Shown here: piece after piece, positions 19,152-29,510 of the stretch | Numbering within the stretch: position 1 is the first letter of the stretch | How the letters are laid out: every line of letters begins with the position of its first letter | Assembly: GCA_050951325.1 (NCBI GenBank) | Contig: JBMNIW010000012.1 | Location: 160,001 to 224,000 of the forward strand | Reading direction: 5' to 3' | Origin: Clostridia bacterium | Lineage (GTDB): Bacteria > Bacillota > Clostridia > UBA1212 > DUPL01 | DNA: 64,000 bases | Position numbers and translations under genes: made by a program | Notes under the pieces: model-generated | Told to the model about the DNA's origin: nothing | Seen by the model: only the letters and a program-made list of their open reading frames with translations | The model's database searches: none

Positions 19152-20324
19152 CTAGTCTTCCAAACCAGTAAAGAGCGTCTTGGATTTACCCAGCTTAAGT
19201 GCTTGCTTGTAAAGTGCAGGATTCTTCTCGTAGAGAAGCTTGAACTTTTCATTCATGTCAGTCGCACCACGAGTAAGCTCTTGGTACAAATCGCAAAAAG
19301 CCTTATTTCTGCTCTGAGCAATCTTGTCTGTTATACGGGTCCTGGTAGCTGGCTGTTTGGAGCGTGGTTTGTCAAACAGAAATTGTACAGTGGTGTTATG
19401 CACGTTGACATCACCCGGTTTGTAACCCAGCTTATACATTCCTTCGAGGAAAGCATCGAGCATTTCGTTGTCCTTCAACGTTATACTGATACTCATGGTT
19501 ATATCCGAAGGATCTGAAAACTCACCTAGTTTGAATCCCGTCAGCCACCAGTGCCTGTCTCTGTGAGCCAGTATTATTTCTCCGTTTTTTCTGGCCACAA
19601 AGGACATGTTGAGAAGTTCATCGTTGTCAGCGGAATAGTAGAAGGTGGTGTTGTAGTCCAAAAGCTCATCCAGATCAATAAAGTCTGAGATTTTTCGCCT
19701 TTTACCCTTTTCCACCTCATCTTCCTTAATATCAGGAGTTGCCATTTCCAAAAGCCGATTAATTCTCTCTTCGTCATCCAACTCCTGATCTCTTTCCTCT
19801 TGTGAAAGTGTACTGAGAAAAATGATAGGTTTTTTTGTTGAATATATACCTATCTCGCAGCCGGTGGTCATTCCGTACTGACCTTTCCACAGCTCTATCA
19901 TCCACTTGTGACCTTGATATTCAAACCTTATAGGTTCGCTATCTATAATCATACTCAGTGTCGGTGCGACTACATCATATAGTCTTGTGTAACCGAAGCG
20001 TCTTTGCCATGGGTAAAGAGATGAGTAAAAGAAATCCCTCTCCTTGTCATAAGCAAAGCCTGTTTCCTTAATCAAGTCATCGAAAGAAACAAACACCGTC
20101 TGAGGTTCTATTCCAGGTACCGACAGACCAATGAATTTGCCAAGCCTCCTCATGAGCCTTCGCAAAATTGGCATGAATAATCTAAACGCATTCACAGCCG
20201 CCAGACCAAATCCTGCAAGTACCACTATTCCTATAACAATCAGACTTATAATCTGCAATAAATTCAAACCAAGTATTACTGCAACAAAGCAAGTTCCATC
20301 AAAATATGTATACAACATAATCAC
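19152..20324 (-). CDS. DUF4474-domain membrane-anchored protein
   Basis: WQRRFGYTRLYD, WMIELWKGQYGMTTGCEIGIY and HWWLTGF. Confidence 0.75.
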   Translation of the reverse strand: MIMLYTYFDGTCFVAVILGLNLLQIISLIVIGIVVLAGFGLAAVNAFRLFMPILRRLMRRLGKFIGLSVPGIEPQTVFVSFDDLIKETGFAYDKERDFFYSSLYPWQRRFGYTRLYDVVAPTLSMIIDSEPIRFEYQGHKWMIELWKGQYGMTTGCEIGIYSTKKPIIFLSTLSQEERDQELDDEERINRLLEMATPDIKEDEVEKGKRRKISDFIDLDELLDYNTTFYYSADNDELLNMSFVARKNGEIILAHRDRHWWLTGFKLGEFSDPSDITMSISITLKDNEMLDAFLEGMYKLGYKPGDVNVHNTTVQFLFDKPRSKQPATRTRITDKIAQSRNKAFCDLYQELTRGATDMNEKFKLLYEKNPALYKQALKLGKSKTLFTGLED

Positions 20325-20471
20325 TTCATAATTTTCTCCAATAACATAGTATTCAGAACTAAAGTTGATTGTTAAGCATTGAGGAAAAATATAATTTCAC
20401 AAATATTTACTTGAAATTTAACTTTTTTGTTATATTTCAGATTGACAAATAAATAACAAAGACGTATATTA
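20244..20471. repeat. 228-bp direct repeat, left copy (target duplication of IS1634-family element)
   Basis: Reads identical to 50581-50808; each copy abuts one end of the split IS. Confidence 0.92.
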
Positions 20472-20564
20472 CCTGACTTTGGTAATAAGCATTGGAAAAT
20501 GGTGCAAACTAAATGGTAATAGAAGGATGCTCAAGAAAAAGCATCCTTTGTTTGAGTATAATAA

Positions 20565-21293
20565 CTATAATTTGTAGTATAAAATTGAATTTACTTGCGA
20601 TTTCGATAAGAAGTAGTTCGTGAGAGGGAGATCGAATTTGATTGTAAGTTCATCTATTAACTCTGATGAAGTAGTTAAGTTGATAAACCTATTATCCACA
20701 TCGGTAAGATTAAATTTTTTTATAAACTTATATATTTCAGAAGTTGAAAATTTATTCTCCAACACCTTAAATTGTAACAATCGCTCTAAAAGAACAGCGC
20801 AATAGCAAATAAGAAAGTGTCCTTTGATTGAATCAACTTTTTGAAGAAAAACAGGCCTAGCATCTAGGTCCGACTTCATTATCTTGAACGATTCTTCTAT
20901 ACGCCAAAGGTTATGATATGTTTCGTAGATATCTAGATCATTCATCTTTATTTCAGATGTAACAAGAAGGTTGTATCCTGCAAGTTCCAGATCTTCGTTT
21001 ATTGCATCATTGTTTATTACAGCCGCGGCTTTATTTCCTTTTTCATCTACGAACTTAACATATTTAGCAGACTCTCCGTATTCTGCCTTCTTTGCTTGAG
21101 AATGTGTAAGAAACTTTGCTTTTTCAACCATTTTGTTTATTTCACATCTTTTTTTATATGCTAAAGATGGATTGTATGTTAAGAGTCTCTTTTCTGTAAA
21201 TTCTATAGTATAGACTTTTCCTTCATATGTTACATCATACGGAAACTTATCAATACATGTTTTATAACGAAATAAAATATTGCCGTTTTTATC
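20565..21293 (-). pseudogene. IS1634-family transposase, C-terminal part
   Basis: GYNLLVTS, YHNLWRIEESFKIMKSDLDARPVF and IKGHFLICY; open up to the IS21 junction. Confidence 0.9.
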
Positions 21294-21760
21294 TGGAATC
21301 GCTTTAAATTTATCTTACCAAAATCCTTACCGGTGCTATGTTGAAAGATTACCACTTTATGTGCTATAATCAAAAAAACATGCTATGGTTACCTTACCAA
21401 TAGATTAAAATTAAAGAAAGGAAAACCTTGAAGGATACAAAAAGACGTCCATCTTTTCCTTCAAGGCTCCACAACAATATGATAATAACACTTGTTGACA
21501 TAGAATTCAAGCCCTCTTTTTCAGATAATACATATTTTGGTCATTTGAATTTTTAAATGCAAAGATACAGTTGCATTTACTTCTTCCGAAGATGCAAATA
21601 CTCACATTCTAATAACTTATGGCTAGAGTTGCATTTACTTTTTCCTAATACCAAATGCCTTTATGGGTACCGGAGGGTACCCATAAAAATTGCGTTTACT
21701 TTTTCCTAATTATGTGCAATTATTTCCTTGTTGCCTGTCCAGGAGTAGAAGGAGGCATTT

Positions 21761-23068
21761 ATGGGTAAACATTTGACATTGGAAGACAGGATCACCATTC
21801 AAAAAATGCTTAAGGAAGGTAAATCGTTTGCTGAAATAGCTGTGGATTTGTCACGACCGGCAAGCACCATTATGAGAGAAGTAAAAAAACATCGTGTTTT
21901 CATCAGTCGAAAAGAGGTTTCAACCATGCAAACCAAAAATGCGTGTAAAAAGCGTTTCGACTGCAAAATCGCGGGTAAATGCAAAAAGCCTTCATGCGAG
22001 GCAATACACCACAAGAATTGCAAGTACTGCGGTGGATGTAATGATTTTTGCAGTGAGTTCGAGGAAGATATATGTACCAGATATGATTCTCCGCCATATG
22101 TTTGCAATAGCTGTGAAAAGAAACCAAGATGTCCACTGTCCAAATACTTGTATGATGCCGAAAAAGCGCACAAAGAGTACAGGAAAAAGCTCTCGGAATC
22201 CAGACAGGGCATTTCGGTAACCGGTGAGCATTTGAAGCATATTGACGATATCATTTCTCCAAGATTGAAAAAAGAACAATCAATACACTTGATATGCACG
22301 GAGCAAAAAGATGTTTTGAACCTTTCCGAAAGAAGTGTATACAAATACTTACATATGGGGCTTTTGTCAGCCAAACCTACCGATTTGTCACGTACCGTCC
22401 AGAGAAGGTTAAGAAAAAAAGCCGGACCTGCCGTAAAAGTGGACAAGCAGTGCTTCAAAGGCAGGACATATTCCGATTTCCAGGCTTATCTGGAACAAAG
22501 CGGTTATGTCAACGTTGTTGAAATGGATACTGTTATGGGAAGAAAGGGCGAATCGGCAGTTGTGCTGTCCTTGCTTTTCAAAAACTGCGATTTGCAGCTA
22601 TACTTCTACCGCAGTACCAATACAGCTCGCTCAGTAGCGGAGATATTTGATGAACTCAGGTCAAAGCTGACAGATTCGGAATTCTCAAAACTGTTCCCTA
22701 TCATTCTCACTGACAGGGGCTCCGAGTTCACCGATCCAACCACCATTGAGATTAATAGAGAAACAGGGGAAGCTCAGTCGAGAGTGTTTTACTGTGATCC
22801 TATGAACTCAAACCAAAAGGCAAAATGTGAAAGGAACCATGAGTTTTTCCGTTGCATTTTGTCTAAGGGGTCGTCTTTTTCCGGACTTAATCGGGAAAAA
22901 ACAGACCTGATTACTAATCATATAAACTCATACCCCAGACCGAGGCTTGGGGATAAATCGCCAATTGCTGTCTTCAAAGCAATATATGGCGATGAAATCG
23001 CCGCAAAACTCGGTCTGGTTGAAATACCAGCAAAGGATGTAATCTTGCATCCAGTTTTAATAAAATAA
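21761..23068 (+). CDS. IS30-family transposase with Cys-rich insertion
   Basis: N-terminal HTH (HLTLEDR...STIMREVK), DDE motifs EMDTV, TDRGSEF and KCERNH, then INSYPR. Confidence 0.92.
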   Translation: MGKHLTLEDRITIQKMLKEGKSFAEIAVDLSRPASTIMREVKKHRVFISRKEVSTMQTKNACKKRFDCKIAGKCKKPSCEAIHHKNCKYCGGCNDFCSEFEEDICTRYDSPPYVCNSCEKKPRCPLSKYLYDAEKAHKEYRKKLSESRQGISVTGEHLKHIDDIISPRLKKEQSIHLICTEQKDVLNLSERSVYKYLHMGLLSAKPTDLSRTVQRRLRKKAGPAVKVDKQCFKGRTYSDFQAYLEQSGYVNVVEMDTVMGRKGESAVVLSLLFKNCDLQLYFYRSTNTARSVAEIFDELRSKLTDSEFSKLFPIILTDRGSEFTDPTTIEINRETGEAQSRVFYCDPMNSNQKAKCERNHEFFRCILSKGSSFSGLNREKTDLITNHINSYPRPRLGDKSPIAVFKAIYGDEIAAKLGLVEIPAKDVILHPVLIK

Positions 23069-23267
23069 TCATATCCTAAACATTGATAACTCCTGGCGGG
23101 CAAAATGAGTCAAAAAGCTTTGCATTTACTTCTTCGTAAAAATTAAGAAATTATGCAAGGCTAGTTTGTCATGCCCAAAAACATCCTCTAACTGAACCTT
23201 TTATTTTAAATTATAGATTAAACCAGCAAAAAACGCAACGATTTCTCTGTATGGGGCAGAAAAATCG

Positions 23268-23338
23268 TTGCATTTACTTCTTCTCGTTTGCATTTACTTT
23301 TGCAAATTACATTTACTTCTTCAGTTTTGCATTTACTT
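23268..23338 (+). repeat. Four subterminal TTGCATTTACTT-type repeats at 19-20-bp period (more copies at 21571, 21629, 21690, 23120)
   Basis: Read directly from the sequence. Confidence 0.85.
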
Positions 23339-23350
23339 TTGCAATTAACC

Positions 23351-24254
23351 CTTAAAAACAGCAGTTTTAAAAGACTTTGGTGAAAAGGCTGTAAAACAAG
23401 AAAGATTTAAAACTCTAGAAGCGCACTATGCTTTTGAGGGAATATTCTGTAATGCTGACAGTGGTTGGGAAAAAGGTGCGGTTGAAAATCTCGTTTCAAT
23501 AATTCGAGAAATTGCATTTACTCCTATGCCAAGAGTAGATAACTATGAGGAGTTGCAAACCCATGTTACTTCTAAATGTATTGAATACAACATGAATCAT
23601 AAAATAAAGAACCGCACAAGAAGCATTCGAGATATGCTAGAGGAAGAGAGAAAGTACTTATTACCACTTCCTGCATATCCTTTTGAACCAGCAGACGAAT
23701 TAAAAGTACGAGTGCATTCTGACTTAACCGTTAGAATTGAGGGGCTTAGATACTCCGTTCCTAGTAAGTATGTAGGCCTTGATGTTACTGCTAAGATAAC
23801 GCCTTTCAAAATAAACATATACTATCAAGGTAAGCACATATATAGTCATAAAAAAGGAGTAAATCTCTCTGAACATCAATATGTATTAGAGCACTATCTA
23901 GAAATCATTGAACGAAAACCGAGATCTGCACATAATGCAGTCCCTATAAAAAGCGGTATAATGCCAGAGGAGGCTACCCTTTTTCTAAAACGATGTCCTA
24001 AACTAAACAAAAACATGCAATTAGTTAACGTGCTTCTTCTTGGAAAGAAAGTCGATCGAGATTCCTTGATGTGGGCAATTAGTCAAGCAAACAGCACTGG
24101 GAATCCCACATACGATTTAGTATGCTTTTATCTGGACATACTAAGTAGCAAGGATAATGCAAAGGATGCAATTGTGGATGAGGTTGAGATAAACACAGTT
24201 GACCTAACAAAGTATGATAAGTTAATAAGTGCAGAGGGTGATGAATATGAATAA
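23351..24254 (+). pseudogene. istA: IS21 transposase IstA, 5'-truncated
   Basis: Matches the 3' part of 46903-48399; the HTH and first two catalytic Asp residues are deleted. Confidence 0.92.
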
Positions 24255-24999
24255 TCTCTCTCACAACGAATTATCAAATAAGATTAAAACGATTGCAAGA
24301 GATCTGAAGCTTCAAGCATTTGAAGAGTATAGTGAGTATATTAGAACTGATCTATCTACTGAGGAAGTAGTTTACAACCTCCTTAAGGCAGAACAAAGTA
24401 TAAAAGACTTGAGTAGATATAGGTATCGTATGAAAATGGCCAAGTTCCCAGTTGCTAAAACATTAGATACTTTTCATTTTGATACAAAACGTCTTCCTGG
24501 TTTAAGCAAGGATACCATTATGGAACTTGCGACATGTAAATTCATTGAAGAGAAAAGAAATGTTATAGCTTTAGGTAATCCGGGGACCGGTAAGACGCAT
24601 TTGCTAACAGCCCTCTGCATTGAGGCAATAACAAAAGGTTATTCAGTGAGATTTATTAGGGCTTCTGACCTTGTGACTCAAATGACTGAATCCAAGAATG
24701 AAAACGAATTAGCTAAATACATAAAGAAGATTAATACATGTGATGTTCTTTTTATTGACGAATTCGGGTACTTATCTTACGATGCAGCTGGAGCAAGTTT
24801 GCTTTATCAGATATTTGCAAATAGGTATGAAACAAAGAGTACGCTGGTTACCTCAAATTTAGCTTTTTCTAAATGGCTCTCGATTCTTAGTAATGACGAA
24901 GAATTAGCTTCGGCACTAATCGGACGAATAACCCAGCAGTCCACTATTCTTAACATGAATGGTGAGGATTACAGGGTTTATCTAAGCAAAAAACTTTAA
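24241..24999 (+). CDS. istB: IS21 helper ATPase IstB
   Basis: Walker A GNPGTGKT, Walker B LFIDE, VTSN and GEDYR. Confidence 0.95.
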   Translation: MNMNNLSHNELSNKIKTIARDLKLQAFEEYSEYIRTDLSTEEVVYNLLKAEQSIKDLSRYRYRMKMAKFPVAKTLDTFHFDTKRLPGLSKDTIMELATCKFIEEKRNVIALGNPGTGKTHLLTALCIEAITKGYSVRFIRASDLVTQMTESKNENELAKYIKKINTCDVLFIDEFGYLSYDAAGASLLYQIFANRYETKSTLVTSNLAFSKWLSILSNDEELASALIGRITQQSTILNMNGEDYRVYLSKKL

Positions 25000-25320
25000 A
25001 ACATGTAAACTAAGGGTCTGTCTTCCTGACAGATCTCTTTTTTTGCCTTTTATTGCATGTGTTCAACTTATAATCAAATATTATATTTTCTTTCTAGCGG
25101 AAACATGGGTCTAGATGGATTGTTTGAGATAATATGGTCTTTATTTACTATCCTCTTCAACGATCCGTACATATTGGATAGAATTCTATCCAATATGCTG
25201 TTTATCACTTAATATTCAGCATTTACAAACATTATATATACGGTGAATGGTAACTTATATCATAGCGCTTTTTTGAAAAACTCTGTTTTTAGCCGGTAAG
25301 ATAAAACTGTAGCGTTTCCT

Positions 25321-25943
25321 GATGTTACAAGATTCATCAAAAAGGTTAAAAAATCAAAAGATAAATACGAGTTGGATCTTGAAAAAATTAAAGAGGAAGA
25401 GAAATACGATGGTTATTATGCTATATCAACAAATCTCGACGATGATGTAAGGGGCATAATCGCTATCAATGAGCAGCGTTACCAGATCGAAGATTGTTTC
25501 AGAATACTCAAGACAGATTTTGCATCAAGACCATATTTTCACCAAAGAAGGGGATTCGAATCATTGCTCATTTCATGATGTGTTATACTGCACTTCTAAT
25601 TTACAGGCTGCTTGAGAATAAGTTAAACAAATATGATAAAAGCATACATTGTACTACGAGAAATATTATTGAAACCCTAAGAAATATGCAGGTAGGAAAC
25701 CTGGAGGATGTTTGCTATGCTGCACAATACACAGGTTCCAACACATTATGTGCATTAGAGGGAGTATTTGCTTTGGGTCTAGACAAGCAATACTATCTTC
25801 CAAAAGAGCTTAATAAAAAATGCAGAATAAATTTTTTTAAAGACAGAATCCATACAACATCTCTGAAATCGGAAAAAGAGGTGTAAACCTTGATATTTCA
25901 AGTGTTTATAACCTCTTTCTATTTTCTAAGTGTCAAACACGGG
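25321..25943 (+). pseudogene. 3' remnant of a second IS1634-family element (frameshifted transposase plus right end)
   Basis: DVTRFIK, KYDGYYAISTNL, RYQIEDCFRILKTDFASRPYF and RIIAHFMMCY; probable end TGTCAAACACGGG at 25943. Confidence 0.85.
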
Positions 25944-26224
25944 ATATTAATTTAAATTTAATATATAGAATAATGCTAATTTATGTTATTTATTGCTATT
26001 CTTAAAACCTATGTTAAGACTGAATGCAACCGCAATATCATAGCTATTTTGATAATCATGAAAGAACGTTTATTCATTTTTATACTAATCTCTGTTCATG
26101 CTAGAAAAACTGACAGTAAGCATCCATAAAAGGTATTATATTGCTATGTTGTTAGATGCAACTATCAAACATCCATGTGCATCTGATCAAACCTATTTAC
26201 ATCAGAATTATCACAAATCATGTG

Positions 26225-26272
26225 AATAATATCGTCAATGATATCTAATCAGTTATCATTGACGATATTATT
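26225..26272. repeat. 19-bp perfect inverted repeat in AT-rich intergenic DNA
   Basis: AATAATATCGTCAATGATA-N10-TATCATTGACGATATTATT. Confidence 0.7.
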
Positions 26273-26622
26273 AAGAAAAACACCAATCAGGTATTACTAC
26301 ATGCTGCATGCACTTGTAACTTAGATTGCGATCTGGGTATATATAGTAGCTAATCATGTACTACAATCAAAAAACGACGATTCAAAAGATCATAAGTATA
26401 ACAGCTGTGAAAAGAAGCATAATTACTTCAAGCAATAAAGGTACTGAAGTTTTCCCTCTAGCAACTCGAGCTTTAAGCGAAAATGTGAAGACACTTCGGG
26501 TTTTAGTAAACATATGTTAATGGTTTAATAATTATTGAAAAGAAGGACATTAATTAATATCCATAAGAAATCAAATGTCCCATAGAACACTTCTCAGAGA
26601 CTACAGCTTTATCTTCTTACGT

Positions 26623-27192
26623 TTACACATATTTGCCTACTTTATTAGTTCTTGAATCATCCAATAAAAAAGCAGCCCAGTTAAGTTTATCTATGTCAAC
26701 ATTACCCTGCCAGTATAAAAGCCGTCCTGTATAATAATCTATCTTTTCAATAACAGGATTGCGGTATTTATCTTTACCATATTCCTGTACCATCGCAGTA
26801 AGTTCATAGAAAGGCAAACCTATAGCATGAGTCTCTACATGGACAGTTGCACCAGCATGTCCTATTGCATGACATAAAGCACCGTACTGACTATCATCTA
26901 TTTCCTTTGCGACTGCATGTGCATCTAATATTGCTCTTTTAGCAACAGGCATCTTTATCTTTCCTCTAGCCCATTCCTCACAAAGCTCTAAACATTTTCG
27001 AGGTCTATGCTCGTTTGGATACTTTGATTCAAACTGCTGCAAAGGATCTTTTGCACAATCAAGTGCCCACATAACAAGAGTTCTGTGATTCTGAGCTTGT
27101 ATAAGTCCGATTAACTCTTGTAAGCACTTGCTATCCCTTGAAAACAGCAACTTGCTTCCCTTCTTTAATTTTATATCTACATCAGAAAACAC
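26623..27192 (-). CDS. Imm5-like putative immunity protein
   Basis: HRTLVMWALDCA, YPNEHRPR, AILDAHAVA and AIGHAGATVHVETHA; AGGAGG RBS. Confidence 0.65.
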   Translation of the reverse strand: MFSDVDIKLKKGSKLLFSRDSKCLQELIGLIQAQNHRTLVMWALDCAKDPLQQFESKYPNEHRPRKCLELCEEWARGKIKMPVAKRAILDAHAVAKEIDDSQYGALCHAIGHAGATVHVETHAIGLPFYELTAMVQEYGKDKYRNPVIEKIDYYTGRLLYWQGNVDIDKLNWAAFLLDDSRTNKVGKYV

Positions 27193-27327
27193 AGGTAGAA
27201 CCTCCTATCGTTGCTGCGCTATCTTATAACATTTTCTTCGATTATACATAAAATAGGTAAAGTGTCTTTACACAATAAAAATATATAAATAGCACCTGAT
27301 ATTCCCATCAGATACAATTGTTATTAA

Positions 27328-28206
27328 TCACCCTATACTCAATAAAACTATACCTATAATACCCACAATAAAAGATATAGCCTGCTCTCTTTTTAACTTT
27401 TCCTTCATTACAACAACAGATACTATACCACTTAATACAGTGGAGCTTCCGTTAATTATCGGAAAGAAAAATATACCGGGTAATACACCTGAAAGATACA
27501 GGTTGACCGGATGTACAAAACTAAGGCATAATCCGGTTACTATACTAACTACAGCAGCTTTAGCTGGAGTAATTTTAAGATAGTTTATATACTCCTTATC
27601 CTTCTTTCTGGATTTCAAATAAATAAGATAAGAAACAACACTCATATTAATAAATGCTACAAAGAGCATAAAGAATCTTTCATCAGAATGCTGAGAGCTC
27701 TGATGCATCTTTTGTAAAATACCAGTCAATCCTGCAAAAATGAATAAAGCAAATGCAAATCCAAACCATTTCAATGTTACTTTCTCCATATGTTTTAAGT
27801 CAGCACCGATAACAAAGCTAATAGCTATTATAAAAGCAGCTATGATCTGCAGTATTGAAATATCTTCTTTCCAGAAGATAACACCTGCAATTGCAGGAAT
27901 AAGCATACCACAGGAGCCAAACATAACAGTACATGCCATTGAACCATGTTTCAATGCCTGAATATTTGAAAATATCGATAAGAAAGTAATTGCCATAAAA
28001 GCAATACCAAACAGAAAAGTAAACAAGGATACATTCCCGTCCCTAATAGTAAGAACAAGAAACACCAGTGCCCCAACCAAGGACACTGATGCATTGAATA
28101 AGAAGAAATCCGAAGAATTCTTCATCATCTTTTTACTAAAGACATTTGAAAACGAACTATATAGAACAGAAACACAAACTGACATGAACAGCAAAATGTA
28201 TTCCAT
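27328..28206 (-). CDS. EamA/DMT-family transporter
   Basis: About ten hydrophobic segments in two repeats (FWKEDIS; MKEKL). Confidence 0.8.
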   Translation of the reverse strand: MEYILLFMSVCVSVLYSSFSNVFSKKMMKNSSDFFLFNASVSLVGALVFLVLTIRDGNVSLFTFLFGIAFMAITFLSIFSNIQALKHGSMACTVMFGSCGMLIPAIAGVIFWKEDISILQIIAAFIIAISFVIGADLKHMEKVTLKWFGFAFALFIFAGLTGILQKMHQSSQHSDERFFMLFVAFINMSVVSYLIYLKSRKKDKEYINYLKITPAKAAVVSIVTGLCLSFVHPVNLYLSGVLPGIFFFPIINGSSTVLSGIVSVVVMKEKLKREQAISFIVGIIGIVLLSIG

Positions 28207-28313
28207 AAAACCTCCTAAATAATTAACAGGTAATATTACTTTAGATTAACCTGTTTTCCTGACGATGTAAAACCGTCTACTCATTATTGCATATTTATGC
28301 TCTTTTTAAAACA

Positions 28314-29351
28314 CTAATTTACATCGGAAGGAAAAACTATTTGAGGTTTAAGAATAATCTCTTTATCTTCAGTTTCGTGACATAAATGCCTGTAAACCAA
28401 CTCGGTTACTGTTTTACCCTGCAGAAATGGATTCTGAAAAATAGCAGCACGAATTGCTCTTGTTTTAAGAAATCTTGCAGTATCCTCTAATAGATCCGTA
28501 GCAACAATATTTAAAGAATCAAGTGGTCTTAAATCTCTCATAACACGAAGAGCAGTTTCAGATGAAGCCGTTGCCAAATAAACACCCGAAACATCAGGAT
28601 GTTCATTAAGCATTTTTCTTGTTGTCTCCTCTACCAGGTGGGCTTCATCATAATGAGTATATACCTCAACTGATTCAAATGGACATTCTTCATTTATTTT
28701 TCCGAACCCTTTCAGGTATCCTTTATGAGGTGTCATAGTAGTAGTTCCTATAAGTATCCCTACCTTTTTTCCGGGACAGCAAAGATTCATTATCTCGCCG
28801 GCTAAATGCCCTACCACTTCTGAATCAATTCCAACGTGAAGTACATCTACACCGCTAACACGTGAAGTAACACAAGCAACCAGGATCTTCTTTGCCTGCA
28901 ATTTCAGCACATAATTTTTCATGGTATCATCATCAGATGCTGAATGCAAAATAACTGCGTCAATTTCTTCATTTATATACTGTTTTGCAGTCTCGTCAAG
29001 TTTGGAACTAAAATCTTCACTATATGGATTTAATGTTGTAAAATAGTCTCCAACTATATTAAACTCCCCTATTTGCTCTAAACTACTCCTGATCCCTGCT
29101 ATAACATCTTTCCCGAACTCATGCACAGTACAACAGTCTATTACAGCGATATGAAATGTCTTGCGTCTCATACTCTGTGCTACAGGATTAAGCTTAAAGT
29201 TCATCTTCTCCGCCATTTCTAACACTCTTTTTTTAGTCTCAGGGCTGATATCCGGTTTATCATGAAGAGCCCGGTTGACTGTACCGCTTGATACTCCTAA
29301 AGCTTTAGCAAGATCATATATCGTAGGTATTTTCTTTTTGTTTGTAGCCAT
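28314..29351 (-). CDS. LacI-family transcriptional regulator
   Basis: TIYDLAKALGVSSGTVNRAL HTH plus a periplasmic-binding-fold sensor domain. Confidence 0.93.
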   Translation of the reverse strand: MATNKKKIPTIYDLAKALGVSSGTVNRALHDKPDISPETKKRVLEMAEKMNFKLNPVAQSMRRKTFHIAVIDCCTVHEFGKDVIAGIRSSLEQIGEFNIVGDYFTTLNPYSEDFSSKLDETAKQYINEEIDAVILHSASDDDTMKNYVLKLQAKKILVACVTSRVSGVDVLHVGIDSEVVGHLAGEIMNLCCPGKKVGILIGTTTMTPHKGYLKGFGKINEECPFESVEVYTHYDEAHLVEETTRKMLNEHPDVSGVYLATASSETALRVMRDLRPLDSLNIVATDLLEDTARFLKTRAIRAAIFQNPFLQGKTVTELVYRHLCHETEDKEIILKPQIVFPSDVN

Positions 29352-29436
29352 TTAATTTTACTCCTTAAAAATGGTATAAAGTAATTATATATGTGTGAAT
29401 TACAATGTCAAATGTGTTGAATACAAGCAGTTATGG

Positions 29437-29473
29437 AAAGCGAGATATTTCATATCCGGCAATATCTCGCTTT
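29437..29473 (-). terminator. Terminator of the alpha-galactosidase/NPCBM operon
   Basis: AAAGCGAGATATT...AATATCTCGCTTT 13-bp stem. Confidence 0.7.
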
Positions 29474-29510
29474 TACATTTTTATCTCAGCTCATTAAAGC
29501 TGATATATAT

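Larger units (their letters stand above)
21539..23350 (+). mobile_element. IS30-family element
   Basis: Imperfect 25-bp IRs GGTCATTTGAATTTTTAAATGCAAA / GGTTAATTGCAAAAGTAAATGCAAA; boundaries fixed by comparison with the intact IS21 copy; no target duplication. Confidence 0.88.
21294..25320 (+). mobile_element. IS21-family element, left copy (disrupted by IS30, 2131-bp internal deletion)
   Basis: 21294-21538 matches 45120-45364 and 23351-25319 matches 47496-49463; terminal base is T where the intact copy has A. Confidence 0.9.

Noticed and set aside
21571-21701. CRISPR-like or iteron array (three repeats about 60 bp apart)
   Set aside because: The repeats are only 12-18 bp, lie inside IS30 and match its IR core.
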